From the IMG/VR virus record IMGVR_UViG_3300005826_000023: a DNA stretch of 44,907 nt. One strand, 5' to 3'. This document shows, one piece after another, positions 17,927-25,955 of the stretch. The notes below the pieces were generated by a model, which ran no database searches, was not told the origin of the DNA, and saw only the letters and a list, made by a program, of their open reading frames with translations. Numbering within the stretch: position 1 is the first letter of the stretch; each line of letters begins with the position of its first letter. Source of the stretch: a virus. A program made the translations under genes and the position numbers.

Positions 17927-17986
17927 ATTTGCGCTTTCCAAGTTTCGACGACACGGCGGTACTCCTAACGTTTATAACAGCAGTTG

Positions 17987-18021
17987 GCAAAAAAGAAGGG
18001 GCGGTTTTTACACACGCCCCT
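17987..18021 (-). terminator. Rho-independent terminator
   Basis: Minus strand reads AGGGGCG-tgtgtaaaaac-CGCCCCT followed by TCTTTTTTG. Confidence 0.85.
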
Positions 18022-18136
18022 AAGTGGGGGTCTGCCAACTCCCGGAGATAAGGCGGGGTCAATCACACCCATTTATCAGCCACTGGCGCCTATACACTTC
18101 CCAACATTAACCAGTGGCGAGTGTGACCGACCCCGT
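17989..18136 (-). ncRNA. Candidate roughly 148-nt structured non-coding RNA or leader, running from the 18143-18171 promoter to the 17987-18021 terminator
   Basis: No ORF on this strand. A 15-bp outer stem (18135-18121 with 18068-18054) includes two G.U pairs that would be A.C mismatches on the other strand. An 8-bp inner stem pairs 18118-18111 with 18086-18079. Confidence 0.55.
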
Positions 18137-18142
18137 GTTTTT

Positions 18143-18171
18143 AGTATAGCACAGTCCACGCTAAATGTCAA
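18143..18171 (-). promoter_or_regulatory. Consensus sigma70-type promoter TTGACA-N17-TATACT
   Basis: Minus strand has TTGACA at 18171-18166, a 17-nt spacer and TATACT at 18148-18143. The hexamers and spacing match the promoter at 24884-24912. Confidence 0.75.
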
Positions 18172-18380
18172 TAACGCGACTGATTATCGGTTCTCTGTTG
18201 CCAGGCCGCGCACCAGCCATCTTTGGCAACGATTGGGTACGCGACATGCACGAACAGCGGCACGAGACTGGCCACTTCATCCGCTGTCGCTGGCGTCGGT
18301 GTGGTCGACACACGTATGCACACGCAGTAACCCGCAAGTGCCCGACTCCAGCGACAGGTTTGGCATATGTGGCGACTCAT
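18168..18380 (-). CDS. Possible small Cys-rich protein, 70 aa, coupled to the transglycosylase gene
   Basis: ATGA overlap with the SLT gene stop. The stop codon lies inside the -35 hexamer of the next promoter. No recognisable signal peptide. Confidence 0.4.
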   Translation of the reverse strand: MSRHICQTCRWSRALAGYCVCIRVSTTPTPATADEVASLVPLFVHVAYPIVAKDGWCAAWQQRTDNQSRY

Positions 18381-18946
18381 TCCGGCACCTGGATGCAGGC
18401 GAGGTCCCAATTGCGGTCCCAACGCTGCTGGATTTCCCCGCGCTCCGCGGAATCGCCATTTGTATAGGCACCTGGACGCCAAGCATCTATGTACTGCAAG
18501 AAGGCGTTACGCGGTTGTGTTTTGGTCGGTAGAGATAGCGGTAACGTCCACAGCAGTAGACGCGCAAAGACGGCAGCCAGCACCGCATCGTATGGCAACG
18601 CGTCATAGATAAGCGCGTCCCAGCTTTTGCACTCGTCATCCTGCGGCGTTAAGGTGCGCACTGGCTGCCGCATTTTTGCTAGCACGTTATAATCTAGTAT
18701 CTGCAACGCATCCTTTGCGAATGTGGCTGTCGCAGGGTGTCGCAATACGCCACGGATGCCGCCATTAAGCTCAAACTGCCAGTAGCCAACGGCCGGGCCT
18801 TGGCGCTGCACGCGATATTTGGCCAGTGATTCCTGCCAGGCAATTGCCACGAGCATCCGTGTTGCATCTGGCGTGTTCATCCTCTGCGGCAGGATGCTGT
18901 ACGCCGGTTTAATTGCCAGCTCGATGATGCGACTAGTTGGAATCAT
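18377..18946 (-). CDS. Lytic transglycosylase (SLT-domain) endolysin candidate, 189 aa
   Basis: AIAWQES ... GYWQF matches the SLT catalytic Glu-Ser and GLMQ-like motif. Met23 of the ORF is preferred because it has a GGAGC RBS. Confidence 0.75.
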   Translation of the reverse strand: MIPTSRIIELAIKPAYSILPQRMNTPDATRMLVAIAWQESLAKYRVQRQGPAVGYWQFELNGGIRGVLRHPATATFAKDALQILDYNVLAKMRQPVRTLTPQDDECKSWDALIYDALPYDAVLAAVFARLLLWTLPLSLPTKTQPRNAFLQYIDAWRPGAYTNGDSAERGEIQQRWDRNWDLACIQVPE

Positions 18947-19202
18947 GATTGTTGCTCCGGTAGCGGTAGCGGTAGACGTAACCACGCGAGGAACGGCAGT
19001 TGGCACAGCCACTTGTGAGCGTTTTGCCGTTATCGTTTACCTCGACTCTGCCCGTGCCCTTGCAAACAGGGCAAAGTACGCAAACTGCGGTACCGTGCAT
19101 TTCTGTCGGACTGATATAGTCCGCGGAATCAGCCTCCTCGTTGCCCAACATTGCGGCAAACAGGCGCTCGTTCTTTGTCAAATAACAATCTTGCTTTGAC
19201 AT
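18933..19202 (-). CDS. DnaJ-type zinc-finger protein (CPVCKGTG ... CANC), 89 aa
   Basis: Contains a CxxCxGxG motif plus a second CxxC. Confidence 0.65.
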   Translation of the reverse strand: MSKQDCYLTKNERLFAAMLGNEEADSADYISPTEMHGTAVCVLCPVCKGTGRVEVNDNGKTLTSGCANCRSSRGYVYRYRYRSNNHDSN

Positions 19203-19432
19203 TACTCTTCCTCCAGATTACCTACCAAGTGCCATGCGACAAGGCTACCAAGTGCCAGTCCCACGGCGACACCCGCGCTGATTATGGCGCCCAGCAATAG
19301 CGTTTCTTCGCGGAGCAGAAAGGCGCCGACTAAGGAGAACACACCAAGTGCCGCTACGCTCATGGCCCAGTTGCCAAGGCGTACCGCTAGTTGGTACATT
19401 ACTATCATGTACCGTGTTTGGGCGTTTGTCAT
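19202..19432 (-). CDS. Two-TM membrane protein, holin candidate, 76 aa
   Basis: Two hydrophobic helices (WAMSVAALGVFSLVGAFLL and LLLGAIISAGVAVGLALGSLVAW) and a charged C-terminus, EEE. It lies two genes upstream of the SLT gene. Confidence 0.6.
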   Translation of the reverse strand: MTNAQTRYMIVMYQLAVRLGNWAMSVAALGVFSLVGAFLLREETLLLGAIISAGVAVGLALGSLVAWHLVGNLEEE

Positions 19433-19647
19433 ATGCCGACGGTCCTGTCGTAAAGCTGACGCTCCAGCCTGTCGACGTATGTTGCGACGTCATCCGGCGT
19501 GTATCCCATTCCGTCAAAGGATAATATAGCTTGCGCCATATTTGCCAGTACCACGTACCTATCGGCAGCGGTAATAGTCGGCCGCTGTATATTTGCCAGT
19601 TTTTGCAAATCATCTAGTGCGTCGCGAAGTGACACATTCGTCGCCAT
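19429..19647 (-). CDS. Hypothetical protein, 72 aa
   Basis: Internal ATG with a GAGGAG RBS. ATGA coupling to the next gene. Confidence 0.65.
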   Translation of the reverse strand: MATNVSLRDALDDLQKLANIQRPTITAADRYVVLANMAQAILSFDGMGYTPDDVATYVDRLERQLYDRTVGI

Positions 19648-19651
19648 GACC

Positions 19652-20203
19652 TTACTCCTCGTTACACAGATACACCTGGACATTCGCGTAGATGCTGAAG
19701 GCCCGCTCTTGATATGGAATATCGCCCGTCTTTATGTGCTGTTTGTCGCCGATGGATTCTGCTACTAGTGCCCGTGCTCGCATACACGGCAGACAGTACA
19801 CATCTGGCACGCGGATTAAAGCGTCACGTTCTAGATAGCTATAGCATATCGCTTCGCCACAGTCGCGACAGTGGAAAGGTGTGGCCTTGTAGCCTTGCAT
19901 TAGTGAATCCTTTTGTCGGGCGGCATCAGATTGGCATCGGCTATCGCCACGAAAGTGCGAAACTCGTCCACGGTCGTGCAATACCAGCATCGAATCATCC
20001 CGCAGTGGCATCAAGAAGATTGGCCGTGGACATACGTCGCATGTTGCAACTTCTGGCCACGCTTCCACCATGTCCTCGCGCAGCACAGTTGAACCGCCAA
20101 ACATGTATTCATACACGGCATCGTCAAGTGCCACTTGGTCACCTTCCATTGCATCGCGAAGAGCGACCAATGCTGCGCGATGTTTTTCTGCGAGTGTTTG
20201 CAT
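19652..20203 (-). CDS. Cys-rich hypothetical protein, 183 aa
   Basis: AGGAGG RBS. Cys pairs CDVC, CRDC and CLPC. Confidence 0.7.
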   Translation of the reverse strand: MQTLAEKHRAALVALRDAMEGDQVALDDAVYEYMFGGSTVLREDMVEAWPEVATCDVCPRPIFLMPLRDDSMLVLHDRGRVSHFRGDSRCQSDAARQKDSLMQGYKATPFHCRDCGEAICYSYLERDALIRVPDVYCLPCMRARALVAESIGDKQHIKTGDIPYQERAFSIYANVQVYLCNEE

Positions 20204-20275
20204 TGACTACCTCCTAGCCATTGGGATATAAGATGCGCCTACGCACGAGTTTCTCGTTTTTCAGGCCGTTGTTTA

Positions 20276-22369
20276 TCACGACTCCACTTCCCGCGGTGCG
20301 TAGAGAATTGGCAACAGGCTGTCGTTCTTATCTTGCAAGGCCATGATAGATGCGGCCTTCTCGGCCAGGGTTTTGCCTTTGATTTCCTGCCGCGCCAACG
20401 CTTTTGTCAATCCGCGCTCATTGTAAAGCAGGTATACACGGTCCTGTGCCCGAGTAACCCCGGTGTAAAGCCATTCACGCGAAAGCATAACGGCCTGTGA
20501 ACTATGGCAGATTACGATGATATTGCGCCCCTCGCTGCCTTGCATCTTGTGACACGTCATTGCGTAGGCGTGCGCTACAGCAGTGAAGTCGCCAGCGGCC
20601 TGGAATTGTAACTCTGCGTCCTGGCCTTGGAATATAACCTCCATGATATGTGACGCTTGGCGCTCCAACTCTTCTTCCTCTTCTTCGTGCTGGTCCTGGC
20701 TGACGTCGGCGATTTCGTCAATTGCCAATTCGGACAAATCGAAATCTTCCATGTTGGCGATTTGTTCCATTGCCATGTCGGCAGCCATTGTGCCCTTATA
20801 TTGTCCGTTGCGCACGATATTGGTCACGACACCCATTTGACCGTTTGTCAATTTGCGCGTCCGCAAGTTAGACAGCAACATGACTTTGTCCCCGACGGCG
20901 AATACTTTTTTCTCGCGGCCCGCATGGATATATACGCGCTCGTTAATTGGCACCCCTTGCACCTTGCGCACGGGGTTGAACAAATCGACCAAATGGTGAT
21001 TTAGCTCTAGCTGGCCGAGAGTATTGACATTCGTACCCGAGATTAACGCATCGTGCATCGGGTCAAATCGGTCACGTTTCGACATTGCACGAACGAGGTT
21101 ATAGATTTCCTTAAATGCATCCGTCGGCCGATTGGAAATCTTCTTCATGAAGAAAGTTTTACCATCCGGCCGCGGCCTTAGCCCGTGCAGAATGCGGTGC
21201 GCGTTGTCGATAATACCGCCTTCGTCCGTTCGCCAAATCTTTTGTAGCTCATAAGTCGGCCAGTGTTGCATGGCAAATACTAACACGCTGCGCCCTTGTA
21301 CGGGCTGAAGCTGATTAATATCGCCAATTAGGATAATACGGCAATCATCCGGCAGCGCTTCGACAATCTGGTTAAATAACCAGTTTGGCATCATCCCGGC
21401 TTCATCGATAAAGCAAATCTGGTACGGGAGTTTATTGGCAGCGGTGAACGTCGGCACGAATACGCGGACCATTCGCGTTTCTTTTGTTTTGTGGTTGTAG
21501 CGCTCTTCGTACACGGCAGTGTAGCCAAGTGTGCCGTGACCGGTGTCGCAAAGCGCGTGGTATTCTTTTGGCAGATTGCGCTTTATTTGCTGCACACCCT
21601 TGCCGGTAAAGGACACGAAACACATCGCCGGCATTATCTCCGGCCGCGTAGTGCGCATATTTTCCTTCCGCGCCCTGTTCAAATCAATTTCTCGCAAGTT
21701 GCCGACCATACGGGCGACTAACTCGCGGACGGTCGTTGTTTTGCCCGTACCAGCCGCCCCGATAAGACAGCCGTACATTTGGCGAGACAAGCCGTCGACG
21801 GCCTGCAACTGCGATTCGTCCAGTTCCACATCGCTGCGGATTTGACTTGGCAGTTTGTGCGCTTCGATGAACGTCAGGTGTTCCTTCCGCGCCGTTTCGA
21901 TGATTTGCTCGCGCTCTTCATCCGTATGTTCGACGGGCGGCGGTGCCTCGGCTTTATCAGCCGCACGCTGCAATTGCTCGCCGAGTCGCTTTGTCAACCC
22001 GGTGCCGCGTAGCTTGATAGGCTCGTCACGCGCCGGCGCCTTGTGCTTGGCCTGCAGTTTTGCCAACAGCGGGGAGGGTTTCTTATCCGCGGGCGTTGCG
22101 GCCGGCCGCAGTTGCAACTTGGCGGCGGGCTTGCGTTCCACGGCGGGCGGTAGCTTTGGCGCTTCAACCTGTTCGCCAGCTGTCTCTGTGACCAGTCCGA
22201 TGATTTGCACATCATCTACTGACATGCCGTGCTCGACTAGCCTGGCCGCTAGTAACTCGGTGAAATTGGCATATGTCGGCTTCGCCTTGTTAGCGGGCTC
22301 GGCCGGCTCGGCCGGTTTGCTACCGCCGTTGTCGCCGCCGTTGTCGTCGTTGCCAAAGTTGAATTTCAT
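20276..22369 (-). CDS. SF1 RecD/Dda-like DNA helicase with a roughly 230-aa low-complexity N-terminal region, 697 aa
   Basis: Motifs: GAAGTGKTT, CFIDEAGMM, LIGDINQLQPV, TCHKMQGSEG. Start is ATG 22369, with a GGAGG RBS and an ATGA overlap with the upstream stop. The ORF-track start at 22495 is not used. Confidence 0.88.
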   Translation of the reverse strand: MKFNFGNDDNGGDNGGSKPAEPAEPANKAKPTYANFTELLAARLVEHGMSVDDVQIIGLVTETAGEQVEAPKLPPAVERKPAAKLQLRPAATPADKKPSPLLAKLQAKHKAPARDEPIKLRGTGLTKRLGEQLQRAADKAEAPPPVEHTDEEREQIIETARKEHLTFIEAHKLPSQIRSDVELDESQLQAVDGLSRQMYGCLIGAAGTGKTTTVRELVARMVGNLREIDLNRARKENMRTTRPEIMPAMCFVSFTGKGVQQIKRNLPKEYHALCDTGHGTLGYTAVYEERYNHKTKETRMVRVFVPTFTAANKLPYQICFIDEAGMMPNWLFNQIVEALPDDCRIILIGDINQLQPVQGRSVLVFAMQHWPTYELQKIWRTDEGGIIDNAHRILHGLRPRPDGKTFFMKKISNRPTDAFKEIYNLVRAMSKRDRFDPMHDALISGTNVNTLGQLELNHHLVDLFNPVRKVQGVPINERVYIHAGREKKVFAVGDKVMLLSNLRTRKLTNGQMGVVTNIVRNGQYKGTMAADMAMEQIANMEDFDLSELAIDEIADVSQDQHEEEEEELERQASHIMEVIFQGQDAELQFQAAGDFTAVAHAYAMTCHKMQGSEGRNIIVICHSSQAVMLSREWLYTGVTRAQDRVYLLYNERGLTKALARQEIKGKTLAEKAASIMALQDKNDSLLPILYAPREVES

Positions 22370-23076
22370 TGTGCCACCTCCTCGCGCGCCTCGCGCGCCT
22401 TGTCCACTATCGCGACAAACGTCGCCGCAAGTCGGCGCCAGTCGGTCACGTCGCCGCCGCCGCGCGATTGCGCCAAATACTGGGCCGCTTCGCACATCAA
22501 CGCCGACAAGTTATTTATTAGTGGGGTATCATCGGTGGCTGCGACAGGCGGGTGGGCTGCGGATTGCCCGTCGTCAAACGCGTCTGCCAATTCTTCCATC
22601 ATGTCGGCATCCCGGTTGCTGGTATTCGCCAGACCCAAATCGCCCCACGGAAGATTGAAATTCTCAGCGCATATCGGCCCATAACCGTGCGCGACGCTTT
22701 CCAAATTGGTCAGCGGGCGTCCGCAAAACATGCAGAAGCCGGTACGCTGGCCTTGTACCTTTGCATAAGCGGCAGGTTCGGCCGCCAGCATTGCCAATTC
22801 CGCATGGATACCGGCAGTAATGTCGGGCGAAAGCTGCCTGTTGCGGAAGAATTCCCCAGCGTGCGTAATGCGCCCGTACCACATATTGTAGGGGTAACTG
22901 CCAGCATCCTTGACGTTAACAGTCCCGGGGAATCGCGCCCCGTGACCCGCCAGTGACAGGACGATAGTATTGCCATTAGGGGTTTTCATTTTCAATTTCG
23001 GCCACTCGCAACCTTTGGCTTTTGCCACTTGCAACAAGTCGACAATAGACTTGAGATTGGCACTTGGCGTGGTCAT
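22366..23076 (-). CDS. DUF6011-like protein, 236 aa
   Basis: CMFCGRPLTNLESVAHGYGPIC matches the remembered DUF6011 pattern CxxCGRxLT..S...G.GP.C. Confidence 0.65.
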   Translation of the reverse strand: MTTPSANLKSIVDLLQVAKAKGCEWPKLKMKTPNGNTIVLSLAGHGARFPGTVNVKDAGSYPYNMWYGRITHAGEFFRNRQLSPDITAGIHAELAMLAAEPAAYAKVQGQRTGFCMFCGRPLTNLESVAHGYGPICAENFNLPWGDLGLANTSNRDADMMEELADAFDDGQSAAHPPVAATDDTPLINNLSALMCEAAQYLAQSRGGGDVTDWRRLAATFVAIVDKAREAREEVAQ

Positions 23077-24290
23077 GATTTGTTCTCCGTGCGGCCGATG
23101 CGCAGTTTGAATCCGGCGGCAGGCTGCAATTTCAGCGACTCCGACAGTTTGCGCGTGGGTGGGTGGCTTTGTGTGATTGCGGGCTTGACGGCCGCATTGG
23201 CGCCCTCAAAGATACGGCCGGAGAATTGCGGTATTGACGTGGGAGCAGCGGCCGCCTTGCCGTTACCTTTGGGCGGCTTTTCGGCAAAAAGCCCCTTGTC
23301 GAGATACATACTGTAGCTCGACTCGTCGCCATCGCCGAAGTCTAGTTCTGCCAAGTCCAGCCACGCCGCTTCATCGGCCGACCCGGCATCGTTCCGGGCC
23401 TGTTTATGGAATAGCGACAGGCCGCCTAGCTCGACATGGGTTTGGCCGATAACGGCTAACGTAATTTGTGCGCGGTCGCATAGTTCGTCACGATATGCGG
23501 CATACCGCCGCTTGGCCGTTTGCGTGACCATGCTGCGAATTCGGGAAACGAGCACGTCGGCCAGCGCGAGGAAGGGATTATCTGCCAATCGGCCGGCAAT
23601 GAGCGCGCCAGCGGTCGGCAATGCTGGCGCAAAACGAGAGTTCAAATCGGGATTGCATAACCCGAGATGGCGCCGGAGCAACTCATTGCATAGCATGATA
23701 TCCTGAATGCGGCAGGCGCCCACTTCCAAGGCCTCTACTATGCCCTGCCACAGTCGGCGCCGCTCTTCCCGCAACTCCCACGTGACAGACTGGGCGCGGG
23801 CCAAATTGCCAAATTCCAGCCGCGTCCAGGAGTATACGAAATACCCTACCGGGTCCAGTTTGCGCAAATTGGACAGCGTATCCGGCCCGGTTTCAGACCA
23901 TAAAGGCGAGTATTCACCCAACGCCGTGCATCGCAGCAAACTCGCGGCTGTCTCTGCGCCATGTATGCGCAACATGTCGGCGAGCGTGCGCGGCTGGCGG
24001 GTGCCATATGGAGCACCCGTCTTGACGCAATATAGCGTGGCAAAATCCGCCAACTGGTCAGTGTCTACCAACGCTTCGATTGACCGCGCGTGGACGTGTG
24101 CCATATTGTTCAGCGTTACGCTGTCAATCTGACACATGCGACGCACTATGTCGTCGCATCTATCAATAACGGTAGCATACTTCCGTGTGCGGCGGCGTTG
24201 GCGTTGCCGTTGTGCATCCTCTTTTCGTTCTATCATTGCAATCTCCGGGTTACGCGGATAATGGCAAATCATCCGCGGGGAATAAGCCAT
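23073..24290 (-). CDS. Hypothetical protein, first gene of the leftward operon, up to 405 aa
   Basis: Long ORF. The alternative start ATG 24236 has GGAG 8 nt upstream. No motif recognised. Confidence 0.7.
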   Translation of the reverse strand: MAYSPRMICHYPRNPEIAMIERKEDAQRQRQRRRTRKYATVIDRCDDIVRRMCQIDSVTLNNMAHVHARSIEALVDTDQLADFATLYCVKTGAPYGTRQPRTLADMLRIHGAETAASLLRCTALGEYSPLWSETGPDTLSNLRKLDPVGYFVYSWTRLEFGNLARAQSVTWELREERRRLWQGIVEALEVGACRIQDIMLCNELLRRHLGLCNPDLNSRFAPALPTAGALIAGRLADNPFLALADVLVSRIRSMVTQTAKRRYAAYRDELCDRAQITLAVIGQTHVELGGLSLFHKQARNDAGSADEAAWLDLAELDFGDGDESSYSMYLDKGLFAEKPPKGNGKAAAAPTSIPQFSGRIFEGANAAVKPAITQSHPPTRKLSESLKLQPAAGFKLRIGRTENKS

Positions 24291-24335
24291 CTAGCAGTAA
24301 AGCGCTCCCGTAACAAATCAATCGAACAAGCCCCG

Positions 24336-24364
24336 AGTATATCACAGGCCGCGACAAAAAACAA
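24336..24364 (-). promoter_or_regulatory. Leftward promoter: TTGTTT-N17-TATACT with an extended -10 (TGaTATACT)
   Basis: Minus strand reads ggggTTGTTTtttgtcgcggcctgTGaTATACT. It sits about 45 nt upstream of ATG 24290. Confidence 0.65.
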
Positions 24365-24883
24365 CCCCCATGCAGCGATTTGGCAATCGGCTACGCGCGC
24401 TTGAGCAGCGGCGGTTTGGCGGGTTGGTGGCTGGCGATTAGGCCGGTGGTCGCTGGCTGGTGGTCGATGGCGGCTGCCGTTGCCAAACGGGATGATTCCT
24501 AACATAACAATTTCTAACAGAAACGGCCGGCCGGCGCCCTCCCATACCCCTATCCCTCGGAGGGGCTAAAATGGTCCTTAATTGCCAATAGGCACTCCCG
24601 CCAAGGGTAACCTGGTCAACCCTTATAGCCCCTCAACAAAATGCAATCAAATTATACTCAATTGGCAACGGGTGGGGTAGCGTACGCTGGCATGGACTAG
24701 TGCCAATAGGCGAGCAGAATGACCGTCTGGGAGACAAGGGTGCTGCGGTGGCCCCCGGAAGGGTCGATGTTATTTACTGTTATGTTATGTTACTCACGCA
24801 TTGGCATTACTCGTTAGCATGTAACCGTCTTACGCTGGCAACAACCCGCGGACTACGCACATCTGGAAAACGTCTATTATCGC

Positions 24884-24912
24884 TTGACACGGCCCGCGAT
24901 TGGCGCTATACT
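24884..24912 (+). promoter_or_regulatory. Rightward early promoter TTGACA-N17-TATACT
   Basis: TTGACA at 24884-24889, 17-nt spacer, TATACT at 24907-24912. Confidence 0.8.
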
Positions 24913-25059
24913 TTGCGCATGGTGATCAACGAACACGGCAACGGACAGGGCAGCGCGATGCTCGCGCGGTCCATCATGCCAGGGACGGCGACCTCATCCA
25001 CGCGCGGCCGGTCCCACGCGCGCGGTTCTTCTCACCGGGACCAACGGAGACACTCTAAG

Positions 25060-25878
25060 ATGAACGACGAAACGAAGACGACCGACGAAACGACCGACGC
25101 AGCCGACGCGGCCGACGCGACCGCTGCCAAACTAGAAGATGTAGGAAAGGAGTATTTCCCACCTTCCAAGCTAGAGGATGCGCAAGCATCCATCGACCGC
25201 GCAATCGAGGCGTGCGCGGCGGAGAACGCCATCGTGCGGTACAACTTCGACCCGGAGCGGACCACGGAACCGCCAGAAGGCTACGGAGTCGGAATCCAAC
25301 GCATCGCGAAAAAGGCGGCCAAGCGCGGTGAAAAGCGGACCTCGCTTGGCGTTGCCATCGCGTTCCTGCCAGACCTCGCCCTCGCCGCCGACGACCCGCG
25401 CGGGGAAGCTGTTCTGCGGCAAGTGTGGTTCGATAGTTGTATGCGGGACGTGATGAACGCGGTGCGTCCCAAAGACGACGGGTCGACAGGAGAATCCGTG
25501 CCCTACTCGTTGGATGATTTTCTGACGACAGGGCGCGCCGCAACCGCCAAGGTCTGGCGGGCCATCGGGCCGGGAGCTCTGAAGATGCTCAAGGACACGA
25601 AGCGGCTTCCGGCTTCCGTCGACATCGGCAGTTTCCAGAAAGTGTTGAGCAAGGCGGCATTCGCGGCGGCATATCCGGCAACGGCCAAGGTGCCACAGAC
25701 GACGTGGATGAAAATTTTGGATTCCCTGGCCGCGCGAGCGCGCAACGCCGGCATGTCGCCGGAGGTGTTCCTAGGCTGGAAGGAAACGCGCCACTTGGCG
25801 GATGATGAGGCGGACTTCGACCCGGACGCGCTGCTGGAGGGTCTGGACGACCTTGAAAGCATCGACGACGAACAGTAA
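25060..25878 (+). CDS. Hypothetical early protein with acidic N- and C-termini, 272 aa
   Basis: ATG 25060 has GGAGA 9 nt upstream. The in-frame upstream extension back to 24700 would cross the promoter, so it is not used. Confidence 0.7.
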   Translation: MNDETKTTDETTDAADAADATAAKLEDVGKEYFPPSKLEDAQASIDRAIEACAAENAIVRYNFDPERTTEPPEGYGVGIQRIAKKAAKRGEKRTSLGVAIAFLPDLALAADDPRGEAVLRQVWFDSCMRDVMNAVRPKDDGSTGESVPYSLDDFLTTGRAATAKVWRAIGPGALKMLKDTKRLPASVDIGSFQKVLSKAAFAAAYPATAKVPQTTWMKILDSLAARARNAGMSPEVFLGWKETRHLADDEADFDPDALLEGLDDLESIDDEQ

Positions 25879-25955
25879 AACGCCGAGCGCGAGGCGACGC
25901 AATAGGGGCACAAGGACGTGCCCCGCTTCGACTGCTAACCCCAGGAGTAACCCAA

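Noticed and set aside
24456-24463. GCTGGTGG, identical to the E. coli Chi octamer, in the promoter hub
   Set aside because: It is a single occurrence inside a GGT/GGC-rich repeat. Chi sequences are host-specific and the host is unknown, so no inference is justified.
24653-24658. A third TATACT hexamer on the plus strand in the hub
   Set aside because: No acceptable -35 or TG extension lies at 16-18 nt (CCCTCA is what is there). It may be activator-dependent, but it is not supportable as a promoter from sequence alone.
24700-25059. In-frame upstream extension that makes the first early gene 392 aa
   Set aside because: It would start upstream of, and run across, the consensus promoter at 24884-24912. 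The extension is not protein-like. A GGAGA RBS precedes ATG 25060.
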